Shown: one piece after another, positions 23,857 to 36,572 of the stretch
Position numbering within the stretch: position 1 is the first letter of the stretch
Layout of the letters: each line of letters starts with the position of its first letter
Assembly: GCA_003427395.1 (NCBI GenBank)
Contig: BFEA01000003.1
Coordinates: forward strand, 2,340,909 to 2,404,908
Direction: 5' to 3'
DNA length: 64,000 nucleotides
Origin: Chara braunii
Lineage: Eukaryota > Plantae > Charophyceae
Notes under the pieces: generated by a model
The model's database searches: none
The model's input: the letters and a program-made list of their open reading frames with translations, nothing else
What the model was told of the DNA's origin: nothing
Program-made: the position numbers and the translations under genes

Positions 23857-26800
23857 GGGCCTCGCCACACGGCTCGAGAAACGAGAAACAAACACCACGC
23901 GTCAGATGTGTGTCAGTTGCTTTCCCAAGTAGCGCCTCGCCACACCAATGTCGAAACACCGAGATTTTCGACACATGTCAGAACAATTTTGAACATTCCC
24001 TTTTTCGACAAAAAAAAGTTAAAAAAACCCTTTTCGGCACACAGCACTATCCAGATTCCGATGTTTCGCAGAAAAACCTCGTTGAAATGAAGAATGCACG
24101 AGTGCAAGTACAAAGGAGACAAACCGGCGTGAGGACAAATTCGGAGGAGAAATCGACATCATGGCGAAGGACTGTTGAAAAAATGTCTAGTTGCAGGCTT
24201 GGGAACGAGCCTCGTTCCAAAGGAGGTGTTGAAACTTGAAACCCTTTCACTGACAATTTGTGAATCATTTTCCCATCTTGGATTTCGACAGGCTGTGTGG
24301 CGAGGAGAAAATGTCATCGAAAATCCACTTTCTGACATTGGTGTGGCAAGGGGTCTCACTGCACTACTCTCCACTCTCCGAAAAATGGGAGAGTTCGCAG
24401 AGAGCTGGAAAGCTCTCGAAATTCGTGATTCTTTTTTTTTTTTTTTTTTTNNNNNNNNNNNNNNNNNNNNNNNNNNNNNNNNNNNNNNNNNNNNNNNNNN
24501 NNNNNNNNNNNNNNNNNNNNNNNNNNAAGAAGAAGAAGAAGAAGAAGAAGAAGAAGAAGAAACTGGGCCTAGTTCCATCCGGGAAACCACCACCACCACC
24601 CAAAAAAAAAGAAAAAAAAAAAAAGGAAAGAAAAGAAAACCACCACCATTGCAGGCTGGGCACTCTCCACCAGCGGAGAGTGCTTTTCCAAAGCAGTTTC
24701 TAACAGCTATCCGAAGATTTTTGAGGGGGAGGAATCTGAGAGTTAGTGCGGCGATCAAAGACTCTCCGAAACAAGGGACGCCACCTGCCTGCAGCATGCC
24801 CTTTTTCGTGAGTCACCTCACCTTCCCCCCAAAACAAGGGACGGTCATTATAACTGTATGTAGACAGAAAGTCACCCCACTACAGCTATAATTACTGTTG
24901 AATAGGACCTCCACTACTGTACTGTCCGCTATACAAAATTTTGCACAGTTGGTGGACAGTTCTCGGAGTCATAGAAAACCTTGGAAACGCGGGCATCATC
25001 GCTCCACTAAGGGCCTCCGCACACCAATATTGAAACTGGAGTTTTCGGCATTTTTTCTTCACCGAACAGACTGTCCAAGAAAAAATGTCGAAAACACTTC
25101 GACAATCGTCAGAGAAGTGGTTTTGACATGGGTGTGCAACGGCCTGCCTGCCTGCAGCGGGTCGAGTTTCAACATCTCGGAAAGGAGGTTGTGAAGGATG
25201 TGCAGATTTCGACATCCCGTGTCTTCTTCTTCTTCTTTGTTTTTTTTTTCCCCTTTTCTAACATGGAAAGTTTGCTTATCCTGGGTCTTCGACATACGGT
25301 GTGGCGAAGGCGGTCTTTGGGCCTCACCACACCACTGTCGAAAGGCAAGAAAATTCGATGGCACAGAACAAATTTGACAGCCTCCATTCGACAGTTTGCC
25401 CCCCCTTTAGCCACACAGCACTGTAGAGTGGACGCACTTGTGAAAGCAAGATGGGAAAAGACAAACGCGCCTGAGGGTACAACAAGCATAAGTCCATCCC
25501 GAACTTACCCCCACTCACCGAATTTCGAAGAGAAGTCGATGGCGCAGCCGAGGACTGTCGAAAGCATCGGAGTAGCAGCCTGCAGGCTGGGTGGGGATTC
25601 AACAACTTTCGACAAACAGGAGGTGTCGAGAAGCATTCTCTGACAACTGCCAATTTTTTTTCACGTCTCGACAGTGGTGCGGCGAGGTCCTTTGTGTCGA
25701 AATGGTGTCCACTATACAACTCCCGGATTCGAGACTCGCCACACAGGCTGTCCGAAAACCCGGTTTTCGACAATTTTGCATCGCCACACAGACTTTCGAA
25801 GAATTGCGGCTAAGAAAACTTTTGACAGGTGTCGAATGGTACTTTGGAGAGCCGCCCTCCAGCAACCTTTTCCTCCCGGCTGCAGGTGACGGAAATTCGA
25901 CAGCGCCCCGCCGACCTTTCAAAAATTGTGTTCCAATTTTTGTTGTCAGGGACTGTTCCGTGACACCCGTCCTCCTGGCCATGACCAAAAACCTTGCCCC
26001 TCGACAGCCTGTGTGGCGAAGGGGGGGCAAACTGTTGACCACGGACTTTCATTTTTTTTCTGACACCTGTCAAAACTCTTTGAGTTTCGACAGCCTGTGT
26101 GGCGAGGCTCTTCGTGAGTTCGCTATGAGACACCGTCGCCGCACTATAAGACACAGCCTTGATAGCATTTTGTCCGCCCAGACTCCAGGCTCACTGTCCA
26201 AAAAAGCGGAGGGACAGCCTTGATAGCATTTTGTCCGCCCAGACTCCAGGCTCACTGTCCAAAAAAGCGGAGGGACAGCCTTCATAGCATTTTGTCTGCC
26301 CAGACTCCAGACTCACTGTCCAAAAAAGCGGAGGGACAGCCTTGATAGCACTTTGCCCGCCCAGTCTCCAGGCTCAGAGGCTCACCACAGGCTGTCGAAA
26401 ACCCAGTTATCGACAATTTTGCATCGCCACACATGGCACTTTCGACAGCCGCCCTCCAGCAACCGTTTCCACCAGCCTGCAGGTGACGGAAATTCGACAG
26501 TGGCCCGCCCATCTTTCAAAAAACGCCTCCGATTTTCCATTGTCAGGGACTGCTCCCTGACAGCCGTGGCCTGTTTGTCGGTATGTACTCAAAAGTGGCT
26601 GTCAAAAACGGCGTGGACATCTGGTCCGCTTGCGCGCACAAAGGGTCTCGCCACACCACTCTCCAAATGTAGAAAAGACAAAAATGTGGGCAATGCATCT
26701 GGCCGTGATCTAGCAGGAAGTTCATTCTCAGTTTGCACACTTCCAGAGTGGTGTGGCAATGCCTAAATTCATCCATGTAACAACTCCCGACAGGCGTCCG

Positions 26801-27522
26801 CCTTCGCCACACAGCACCTGTCGAAAGGCGGAATCGACTTGGCAACTTTCGATAACCTCGCCTTCGCCACACAGCACCTGTCGAAAGGCGGAATCGACTT
26901 GGCAACTTTCCATAACCTCGCCCCTGGACAGGCTATGTAGCAAAGGGGGGCGAAATTGTCGACAGCCTGGCGAAAATTTTCTGACACCTGTCAAAAATTT
27001 GTCAAAAATTTCGACAATAGACAGCCTGTGTGGCGAGCCTCTCAAGGCCTCCCCACACCACTCTCGAAAAGTGGAAAAGACAAAAATTTGGCAGGGGCAT
27101 CTGGCCATGTTCTAGCGGGAAGTTCAGTCTCAATTTACACATTTGGAGAGTGGTGTGGCGACGTCCTCACTCTGTCCAAAAAGGCGGAGGGGCAATGGTT
27201 CCTAGGAGGACCGTCCACGAAAGGCTGGCAGCTATACAAAAATGGACAGTAGATTTTCCACGCTATTTCAGACAACCGTCCAAGCCATTTCGGACGCAGA
27301 GAATTTGGGCCTCGCGACAATACTCTTGAAATGTGAAAAAGACAAAAATGTGGCGGTCGCATCTGGTCATGTTCTAGCAAAAAGTTCGTTCTCATTTCGC
27401 ACATTTCGAGAGTGGTGTGGCGACACCCTTTTACAACACCTCAGTTCGAATCTTCCGAGAGTTCACAGTTCGCTACGTTTCGTTTCGTTTCGTTTCGTTT
27501 CCTTGCCCGTGTGGCGAGGCCC
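23857..27522. mobile_element. Non-autonomous TIR DNA transposon, possibly PIF/Harbinger-like
   Basis: Perfect 16-bp TIR GGGCCTCGCCACACGG; many internal TCGCCACAC/GTGTGGCGA motifs; no transposase motif seen; flanks CAT/CAA. Confidence 0.7.
26153..26376. repeat. 61-bp tandem repeat, about 3.6 copies
   Basis: Units ACAGCCTTGATAGCATTTTGTCCGCCCAGAC... start at 26153, 26214, 26275 and 26336. Confidence 0.9.
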
Positions 27523-27984
27523 CAAATGTACTATCTGTGTTTGAAAAAAAAAAAAAGCCCTAGTGTAGTATCTGTTGTGAAAAGCTGATCCGTGACCCAT
27601 AATAAATAGGGGCAATGGAAAAAAAAGCCCCCCGCCGTGTTCAGGCCGTACTCATACAGCCGTTTGTGCTGCCGCGTGTCTCAGACATAACCTGCTCGTG
27701 CAAAACGTGCGAAGAAGCTGCTTCGGGCCTGAACGGACACATCCGGCTCGGAATTGCCCCTTGGCTGAGGTTCGGCGGCAAATGGACAATACCTTACTAC
27801 CTCTAATCCTCGCTCTGCCCCCCCGCCCCCCTCCCTCCCTCCGTCCAAAATGATCGAACCTGGTCCAGCACAGCGGCAATGGACATGTCGTACGCGGAAT
27901 TACATCAGGGGAGAGAGGGTTGACAAGACCCGGATGTTGATTTTCTGACTGCCGATGAAATCAGGTACACCAAAAAAGTAACAG

Positions 27985-28081
27985 GTCCGTCGGGACATCC
28001 GTTCAAATTGGATAGATACAGAGAAGATTAGCATGACCCCTGCCCAAGGATGACACGCATAAATCGAGAAACGGTCCACAT
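27985..28081 (+). pseudogene. U6: U6 snRNA full-length retrocopy
   Basis: GGGACATCCG...TACAGAGAAGATTAGCATG.CCCCTGC.CAAGGATGACACGCATAAATCGAGAAA.GGTCCA; no oligo-T terminator; followed by an A-run. Confidence 0.9.
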
Positions 28082-28107
28082 AAGGGGGAAAAAAAAAAAA
28101 AAAAGGT

Positions 28108-28170
28108 ATCGGAGGAGGACTAGATAGAGGAAATATTCATCAAGGTGGTCATGGTGGAAAAAAAAGAAGG

Positions 28171-28223
<53 letters not shown>

Positions 28224-28283
28224 GGAGGAGGACTAGATAGAGGAAATATTCATCAAGGTGATCATGGTGGAAAAAAAAGAACG

Positions 28284-28315
<32 letters not shown>

Positions 28316-28340
28316 NNNNNNNNNNNNNNNNNNNNNNNNN

Positions 28341-28374
<34 letters not shown>

Positions 28375-28433
28375 ATCGGAGGAGGACTAGATAGAGGAAA
28401 TATTCATCAAGGTGATCATGGTGGAAAAAAAAG
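28108..28433. repeat. Three ~60-bp direct repeats separated by (GA)n
   Basis: ATCGGAGGAGGACTAGATAGAGGAAATATTCATCAAGGTG at 28108, 28221 and 28375. Confidence 0.9.
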
Positions 28434-28440
28434 AAAAAAA

Positions 28441-28483
<43 letters not shown>

Positions 28484-28739
28484 ATAGCTGATCTATTCAC
28501 AAGAATGTTATTACTAATCCTTCCCCTTGATCTATTCACGCTGATCTATTGACGGGAATGCTAGTACTAATCCTTCCCCCCTTTGATCTATTCACGACAA
28601 TGCTATGACAGTTGGATGGTTCGCAATGCAAATAGATAAACATACTGCATTGCCTGTACTTTCCAAGCTTGATCTCTATCAAAAGCGGCAGTAATTCGGA
28701 TTGTAGGAGGAGGAAAGGAAGAGAAGATGAAGGAGAAGG

Positions 28740-29240
28740 AGAAGGAAGAAGAAGGAGCATTGCCCTCGCTTCGCGATCTTCATTTCTATGGACAGTGGCA
28801 GTCATTCAGATTACTTCGCCACGAGGTCGTGAAGCAGAAGAAGAAGAAGAAGAAGAAGAAGAAGAAGAAGATGACGATGATGATGATGCAAGTAACATTA
28901 ACTCAATTGACATTAACATAATAAGGATATTCTTTCTATTTAAAAAGATTCGATGATGATGATGGAACGTAGCATTGCCCCAGCTCCATTTCCATCCACA
29001 GCCACAGTGATTCGGATTACTTTGTGACGACCAGAAGAAGACGAAGAAGACGAAGAAGAAGAAGAAGCGTATCGTTGCCCGTACTTCGCGAGCTCCATAT
29101 TTGTTCACGTCAGCAGTAATTCCGATTACTTTGCACGAAGAAGAAGAAGAAGAAGAAGAAGAAGAAGCGTATCGTTGCCCTTACTTCGCGAGCTCCATAT
29201 CTGTTCACGTCAGCAGTAATTCCGATTACTTTGCAAGACT
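28740..29240. repeat. Diverged ~100-130-bp tandem repeat with (GAA)n expansions
   Basis: Repeated TTGCCC.TACTTCGCGAGCTCCATAT...CAGTAATTCCGATTACTTTG units. Confidence 0.75.
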
Positions 29241-29439
29241 CATCTCTGTCGTCATCATTCGCAGTACTTGGGCGACCAATCGTACTGTTGCGCTTTCACT
29301 CTTTTCGCAGTATTCAATTCATCCTCCTAATAGACAGCAGCAGCAGCAGCAGCAGCAGTATTTCTGCTTTGTGATCACCTTGGGAGTTTCGTTTCCATTA
29401 CTCATCCTCTGGCACACCCAAGAAGGCAACAACATCAGA

Positions 29440-29830
29440 GCAGTTTTTCGTTCCAAGTATCTGACACACCGAGACGTTACCTATGGGCCGTCATCGCTCT
29501 CATCTTCTGGAGTTATCTTCACGGACAGAAGCAGCCGGAAAAAAAATAAATAGAAATATTGGTTATTCACTCACTTTGAGATATTGATGTGATTTTCATC
29601 AATCAACATCAACAGTCATTCGTTCCAAGTATCTGACACACACAGCGGGAAAGCACCAGCGAATCGCAATTGCTCGCCCCTTCCCCCTCCCCTTCCCCCT
29701 CCCCTTCCCCTTCCCCCTCCCCTCCCCTTCCCCTTCCCCCTCCCCTTCCCCCCCCCACGCGCCCCTCTCACTCATTCACGGCGAGCGCACCACAGAATAA
29801 AGGTAGATTGACGGCGGATATATCCTCATG
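29440..29830 (-). pseudogene. Decayed duplicate fragments of a TBL C-terminus
   Basis: TTCGTTCCAAGTATCTGACACAC at ~29447 and ~29619 matches 30843-30866; encodes VSDTWNE and WCFP. Confidence 0.65.
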
Positions 29831-29924
29831 GTAAAATGGGACGCTGGACCCGTTTTCCAGCAGGTGCTGTTAGCTCTTATCACCTCTTCTAGCGGGAGTC
29901 TGGTCTTAAAAAAAAAAAAAAAAA

Positions 29925-29992
29925 AAAGCCTCATGGTAGAGAGAGTACAGCCTTGCCAACGCTAAGGTTGAGGGTTCAAATCCCCTTTTTCT
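29925..29992 (+). pseudogene. trnG: Degenerate organellar (plant mitochondrial-type) tRNA-Gly(GCC)
   Basis: ATGGTAGAG...AGCCTTGCCAA.GCTAAGGTTGAGGGTTCAAATCCC; anticodon and T arms recognisable, acceptor stem lost. Confidence 0.7.
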
Positions 29993-30782
29993 TGACTCGT
30001 CAGCTTTCCTTCGCTCTCTGGCCAAGCAAAGAATGGGCCGGACGCCACACCCGCGGGGTGGGTGGGTGGGAGGGAAAGATGAACGCACAAGACCAGCACC
30101 AGCAGTAACTCGGGCTATTCACTCNNNNNNNNNNNNNNNNNNNNNNNNNNNNNNNNNNNNNNNNNNNNNNNNNNNNNNNNNNNNNNNNNNNNNNNNNNNN
30201 NNNNNNNNNNNNNNNNNNNNNNNNNNNNNNNNNNNNNNNNNNNNNNNNNNNNNNNNNNNNNNNNNNNNNNNNNNNNNNNNNNNNNNNNNNNNNNNNNNNN
30301 NNNNNNNNNNNNNNNNNNNNNNNNNNNNNNNNNNNNNNNNNNNNNNNNNNNNNNNNNNNNNNNNNNNNNNNNNNNNNNNNNNNNNNNNNNNNNNNNNNNN
30401 NNNNNNNNNNNNNNNNNNNNNNNNNNNNNNNNNNNNNNNNNNNNNNNNNNNNNNNNNNNNNNNNNNNNNNNNNNNNNNNNNNNNNNNNNNNNNNNNNNNN
30501 NNNNNNNNNNNNNNNNNNNNNNNNNNNNNNNNNNNNNNNNNNNNNNNNNNNNNNNNNNNNNNNNNNNNNNNNNNNNNNNNNNNNNNNNNNNNNNNNNNNN
30601 NNNNNNNNNNNNNNNNNNNNNNNNNNNNNNNNNNNNNNNNNNNNNNNNNNNNNNNNNNNNNNNNNNNNNNNNNNNNNNNNNNNNNNNNNNNNNNNNNNNN
30701 NNNNNNNNNNNNNNNNNNNNNNNNNNNNNNNNNNNNNNNNNNNNAATATACTGACCGTAAGTAGGGGTGGGATGAGGCCCCC

Positions 30783-33117
30783 TTAGTCACTGACCGACCC
30801 TAACCCCTTTGCGAGATTCATTTCCATCAACATCAGCAGTATTTCGTTCCAAGTGTCCGGCACACCGGGAAGGCACCAGTGCGCGCAATCGCTCCCCCCT
30901 TTCCGCGTATAATTGGACGGATGCCCGTCAATGCGGAAGTAGGAGAGGTGGGTGATATCCAGGTAATCAAGCGCACACTCGGGGCACGACTTCATGGCGC
31001 CCTTCCACCATTTCTCGCACTCCGAGGGAAGCCTCTTTTTCCCCCTTCTAGCCAAAAACTTGCTCAAAAGATCGTCCGTAAACGGGAGATTAGCATCGCA
31101 TCGACCTCCCGTGTTCCATTCTCCACTGCTGAAGTGCACCGGGGAGAAGGAGCGAAAATAGGCCTGCCCTGTGAAGGACCCGTTCCGCATTAACTGGGTT
31201 ATATGCTCCGCCGCCAAGCGTACGGCCAGGCCAACTGCTGTTTCCTTCGACATGTCCGGCCGAGGAATACCCCCCTGCACGAATCTGATCTTGCGACGTG
31301 TCAGCTTCTCGTAGTTCCACCAATGAGCCGTGTTCAAAACGATGACGTCAACGGAATCCAGCTTGGCAATCCAACCGGATGCTAATCTGTCCACGTGGAG
31401 TTCCCACCACGGAGCACTGTCAAANNNNNNNNNNNNNNNNNNNNNNNNNNNNNNNNNNNNNNNNNNNNNNNNNNNNNNNNNNNNNNNNNNNNNNNNNNNN
31501 NNNNNNNNNNNNNNNNNNNNNNNNNNNNNNNNNNNNNNNNNNNNNNNNNNNNNNNNNNNNNNNNNNNNNNNNNNNNNNNNNNNNNNNNNNNNNNNNNNNN
31601 NNNNNNNNNNCAGTCGGTCGATCAATGAATCAGTCAGTCAGTCAGTCTATAATCTGTCTCTTATACACATCTAGATGTGTATAAGAGACCGCCCCCCCCC
31701 TCCCTCGTGGCGGTCGTCGTCGTCGTCGTCCTCCTGCTCTACTTGTACGGCGCAAACTACGACCAGTTGCAGTACTGCCTCTACCTCTGCCTCCCCAATA
31801 CCCTGCTCCTCCTCCTACTACTACTCCTACTCCTACTCCCGCTCCTCCTCCTAGTCCTACTCCTTTTCGTTGTCGTCCTGGCCGTACTGCTGTTGTACTT
31901 GTACAGAGGGTCCTCCTACCAGTAGTACGATCACCTCTACCTCTGCCAGTTCTATTTCTGTAGACGTGTACTCGCCTCACAGCAGCACCAGGAGCACTAG
32001 CAGAGGCAGAAGAACGACGACGATTCGAGGTAGGAGGAGGAGGAGGAGGAGGAAATCTCCTCTGGGTCTCGCCGGCGATCTCCCGCCCATTGTCCTGCTC
32101 TTGAAGACGTACTAGGTATGGGGACCAGAACAGGCATACTCTGACCTGGAGCTCAGCTGCCCATACCCTGCATAACCCGCGGTCCATCTCATAAAAACTT
32201 TCGGGCGAGCCGTACTCCGCGGCAATCATACAAGTGAGGGATAAGAACATGTTCTCTCCCAAGCTGTCCCCTGCGAAAGCCAAAGTCGCGAAATTGTCCG
32301 ACGCTGTGAAGTTGTCCGCCGGCTTGCCAACGGCCTCCTCAGGACCGGCGGACATCATGCTGCTTTCGCTCGCCATCGTCTTCGGCTCCTGCTCGGTCTT
32401 CACCTCCTCCTGGCCGCCTTCTTCCCCGCCGCCATCGACATCATCGTCACGAGCTCCAGCACCCCTTTCTTGGCGTGATGATCTCGCTTTCCACCATAGC
32501 CGCCGCTTCTTGATACAGTGCAAAGCTTGGACAAATCGACGGACGCTGAACTCGGGAATGCCACACGTGGACGCCTGCCATCGCCAGTGCTGATAGGTGT
32601 CATTCGGCCTTCCGTCTCGAATGCAATCACGCTTGGAGAGGAGAGGACAAGAGGGGTATGGGCTCGGTCGCTCGAGATCCAGCACCCATCGCCCCTGCAT
32701 GTAATTAAGGCGGCAATCAGAAGTAGTAGAATTACCAGAAGCGGCGTGGAGATCAGTGTAATTGCACGAAAAACTTTCCCAGAAAGGTAACTTTCTTGGT
32801 TTCATCCAACTTGATGGGCCCAGCGGTCCTGCTTGCAAACGTCCAAAAAAATCGACGGCCGACAAAGGACTCTGAGGCAGAAAAAAGACCGTCAGAATCA
32901 AGCATAACCCAGAGATCACAGTCAAAGGCCAACCCGGTTTACCCACACGCTTCAACGTGGCCTTGATGGTCTGTCCATAGCCACGGGCAAGAGTTTTCCC
33001 GCCCTCCGCAACAGCCCTGCTCTTGCCCGCAAGTGCCGACTGCTCTTCTTTCGTCAGCATTCGCAGAAGTCCTCTATCCTCGTCCTCGCTTGCCGAGTTC
33101 TGGTCATCCTTCTCCCC

Positions 33118-33123
<6 letters not shown>
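30783..33123 (-). CDS. Trichome birefringence-like (TBL/PC-esterase) polysaccharide O-acetyltransferase; middle interrupted by a gap and an adapter
   Basis: N-terminal TM helix; PMR5N-like GRWV..C..C..GRP..Y..WRWQ..C; GDS motif (AFAGDSL); FWSPYLV; VLNTAHWW; RSFSPVHF; DGHP; catalytic DCAHWCLPGVPDTWNE. Confidence 0.92.
31654..31689. other. Nextera mate-pair junction adapter (assembly artefact)
   Basis: CTGTCTCTTATACACATCT+AGATGTGTATAAGAGAC: back-to-back Tn5 mosaic ends next to a gap. Confidence 0.97.
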
Positions 33124-33171
<48 letters not shown>

Positions 33172-33796
33172 NNNNNNNNNNNNNNNNNNNNNNNNNNNNN
33201 NNNNNNNNNNNNNNNNNNNNNNNNNNNNNNNNNNNNNNNNNNNNNNNNNNNNNNNNNNNNNNNNNNNNNNNNNNNNNNNNNNNNNNNNNNNNNNNNNNNN
33301 NNNNNNNNNNNNNNNNNNNNNNNNNNNNNNNNNNNNNNNNNNNNNNNNNNNNNNNNNNNNNNNNNNNNNNNNNNNNNNNNNNNNNNNNNNNNNNNNNNNN
33401 NNNNNNNNNNNNNNNNNNNNNNNNNNNNNNNNNNNNNNNNNNNNNNNNNNNNNNNNNNNNNNNNNNNNNNNNNNNNNNNNNNNNNNNNNNNNNNNNNNNN
33501 NNNNNNNNNNNNNNNNNNNNNNNNNNNNNNNNNNNNNNNNNNNNNNNNNNNNNNNNNNNNNNNNNNNNNNNNNNNNNNNNNNNNNNNNNNNNNNNNNNNN
33601 NNNNNNNNNNNNNNNNNNNNNNNNNNNNNNNNNNNNNNNNNNNNNNNNNNNNNNNNNNNNNNNNNNNNNNNNNNNNNNNNNNNNNNNNNNNNNNNNNNNN
33701 NNNNNNNNNNNNNNNNNNNNNNNNNNNNNNNNNNNNNNNNNNNNNNNNNNNNNNNNNNNNNNNNNNNNNNNNNNNNNNNNNNNNNNNNNNNNNNNN

Positions 33797-33839
<43 letters not shown>

Positions 33840-34258
33840 AAGACCTGCCTCCACTTCTCGAGCGGTCAGCGATTCTACTTACCGCCTTCTTCAGGCGGAT
33901 GAGACCGCTGTGCCGCATCATTTACCTATCGATGATGGAGGGCAACTGGCGCCGCAGCGCACTCTGCAATCGACAAGTCGTTGGGAATCTTGATTGACAT
34001 CGTGTTTTCCTGCACTAAATGTGCTCACATTTGGCGGGTGAATCTTCCCTGAAAGCTGCTACTGTACCCTCGTAGTTGTACTTCGTCTTTTCCACATTTG
34101 TCGGAGAGTGAAGGAGCGAGGCCCTTTGCCACGACATCGGATTCCATCGCTACCAGCAGTCGATGGCGGCTTCATGAGACCGGACGTATCCCTTCTCGCG
34201 AAGATTCAGACGCCGTCCAGGTACGATGCACTTCACGAGCAATGCACGTGCGATGGAC

Positions 34259-34520
34259 TTTACGAGGCCGTCCACGTACGATGCACCTCACCTCCGCGTA
34301 CGGCTCGATGAGAGACACAGATCGAGTTTCTTGAGAGAAGTTTACGAGGCCGTCCACGTACGATGCACCTCACCTCCGCGTACGGCTCGATGAGAGACAC
34401 NCGATGAGAGACACAGATCGAGTTTCTTGAGAGAAGTTTACGAGGCCGTCCACGTACGATGCACCTCACCTCCGCGTACGGCTCGATGAGAGACACGAGC
34501 TCGAGTTTCTTGAGAGAAGT
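34259..34520. repeat. 82-bp tandem repeat, about 3 copies, possibly inflated by assembly
   Basis: Near-identical copies at 34259, 34341 and 34437 around a single N. Confidence 0.8.
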
Positions 34521-36306
34521 TTGGGCCTCGGTGGACACCACTACAAAACCCTTACATGTAAGGTTTTCATCGTTCCACCCTTCCCTAATCACGAAGAAAA
34601 AGAAGTCGAACTTGTTTCCACATTCGCTTCCACATTCGCGGCCGTAAGTGCGGGCCCTACAAAAGTAAGGGCTCCGCAGCCAAAACAGACCTTGATGTAA
34701 GCACGCCCGTGGAGGTGACTTGAAAGTAGGGGGTGGCACCCTTACATCCATGAAAAAAGCATTTTTATTCTTTATTTTTTTCAAAGTCAGGTCTGGCTTT
34801 GGCATTCCTGGTCCAACGGCAGTGTTGTCCGGTAGACCGCAGGACTGCAGTCCCACGGCAACCTCCAACGGCCGTGCGGTTCCCCGCCTGTGCCCTCGCA
34901 GTCCCTCCGTTTCGGCTGGCATTTGGAGGTGACCGTTGCTGGGGTCCGTGTGGAGGCGGTCGTTGGCGATCTTAGGTTCGAATTTGAACGCAGCTTGTCC
35001 ACGACGCCCGTCAGCACTGCCGCCCCTCCGCTGTCGTACTTTCCTATGATCTTGTATATTGCAGTCCTCTGCCTTCCATGCCTTGTCCTGATGTAAGTTG
35101 ACAACTCTGTTCCTTGTCCTTTGCTTGAGGAGCGCATGGCTGACATGGTGAGGAAGACAGCTGCGTCTCCATGTGCCGACAGACCGTGAGGACGGCTCTG
35201 GCGACCATTGTCTTCTCACGGGGTGACAGTCTTCTCATCGCCGCCTCATCCCTCCAGCCGCCGTCCATAGCTGAACTCCCTTGCAAAAACACGCCACACG
35301 GTAGTCAAGCAAGGCCGTGTGTGGTGCCGCAATGGTAGAGTATTGGTGCATGCAACGTCAAAAATGCGCACGCAAGGACTCTAGAATGCAAGGTGTGCGA
35401 AGCAAACTAGTGGCACAGAATTTGAATTCAAATGGTGAGGGTCCATGCGCACGTTCTCCTCATCGGCGGATGACATCACGCGCCCATATCACGGCCCCGC
35501 CTGGCTTCGTGATATGTAGTGGTGTCGAACTAGGCCCTTTGTACGTCGATACATGCATGTCATCCTTGCTAGTAGGCTAGCCTTTCAAATTTGTGGGCCC
35601 GATGGCCAAGTCCCACTAGGGTAGCAGCGTTGAACTAGTTCAACATCAGGTTTTCAACCACATGCGACGTTGGCTGACATCTGTGAGGGCAGGACGTTTT
35701 TTTTTTTTTTTTTTTTTTTTCAACCACCTGTACCTTCGAGCCTATTTCTGCCGACCCTGAATTACAGTGCGTGCCGAATTTGTCGAGCTTGTGTCCCGCT
35801 GTGAGGGCAGGACTTGTGGCCTACTCGTCCTCCGGTACGGTCCAACGAACGGACACACGTTTGGGCGGGGTCCCTGTGGTTGGTGGTATGTTTCGAGGCC
35901 TGTGTTTTTTTGTTTTTTTTTTAATATATTTTTTCCCCTCTAAGGGGAGTGTCGGTTCGCTGGTGACCGGTAGCGCGGATTGGAGGGCGGTGGTTGTCCG
36001 CACCTTGGTCGATGGACGGGCGATGACCTTTGCCATCGCCAGCGTCGCGTCCCGACCTCCAATTGTGTGTGTGTGTGTGTGNNNNNNNNNNNNNNNNNNN
36101 NNNNNNNNNNNNNNNNNNNNNNNNNNNNNNNNNNNNNNNNNNNNNNNNNNNNNNNNNNNNNNNNNNNNNNNNNNNNNNNNNNNNNNNNNNNNNNNNNNNN
36201 NNNNNNNNNNNNNNNNNNNNNNNNNNNNNNNNNNNNNNNNNNNNNNNNNNNNNNNNNNNNNNNNNNNNNNNNNNNNNNNNNNNNNNNNNNNNNNNNNNNN
36301 NNNNNN

Positions 36307-36384
<78 letters not shown>

Positions 36385-36527
36385 CAGATGGGCATTCTTT
36401 GTTGCGTCGTAACCGTGTATAGAATTTTGTTGTCGCTGTCACGGATGTCATCTTCAACATCGAAACAACAACTACGACGTTGAATGTGACATCCATCGCC
36501 TCGACACACGGTTGGTCTCTCTCTCTC

Positions 36528-36572
<45 letters not shown>

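Noticed and set aside
28108-28433. Repeat-spacer pattern resembling a CRISPR array
   Set aside because: Repeats are ~60 bp, the spacers are (GA)n microsatellite, there are no cas genes and the context is eukaryotic.
31654-31689. Tn5 mosaic ends suggesting a bacterial transposon or horizontal transfer
   Set aside because: Exact library adapter configuration beside a gap.
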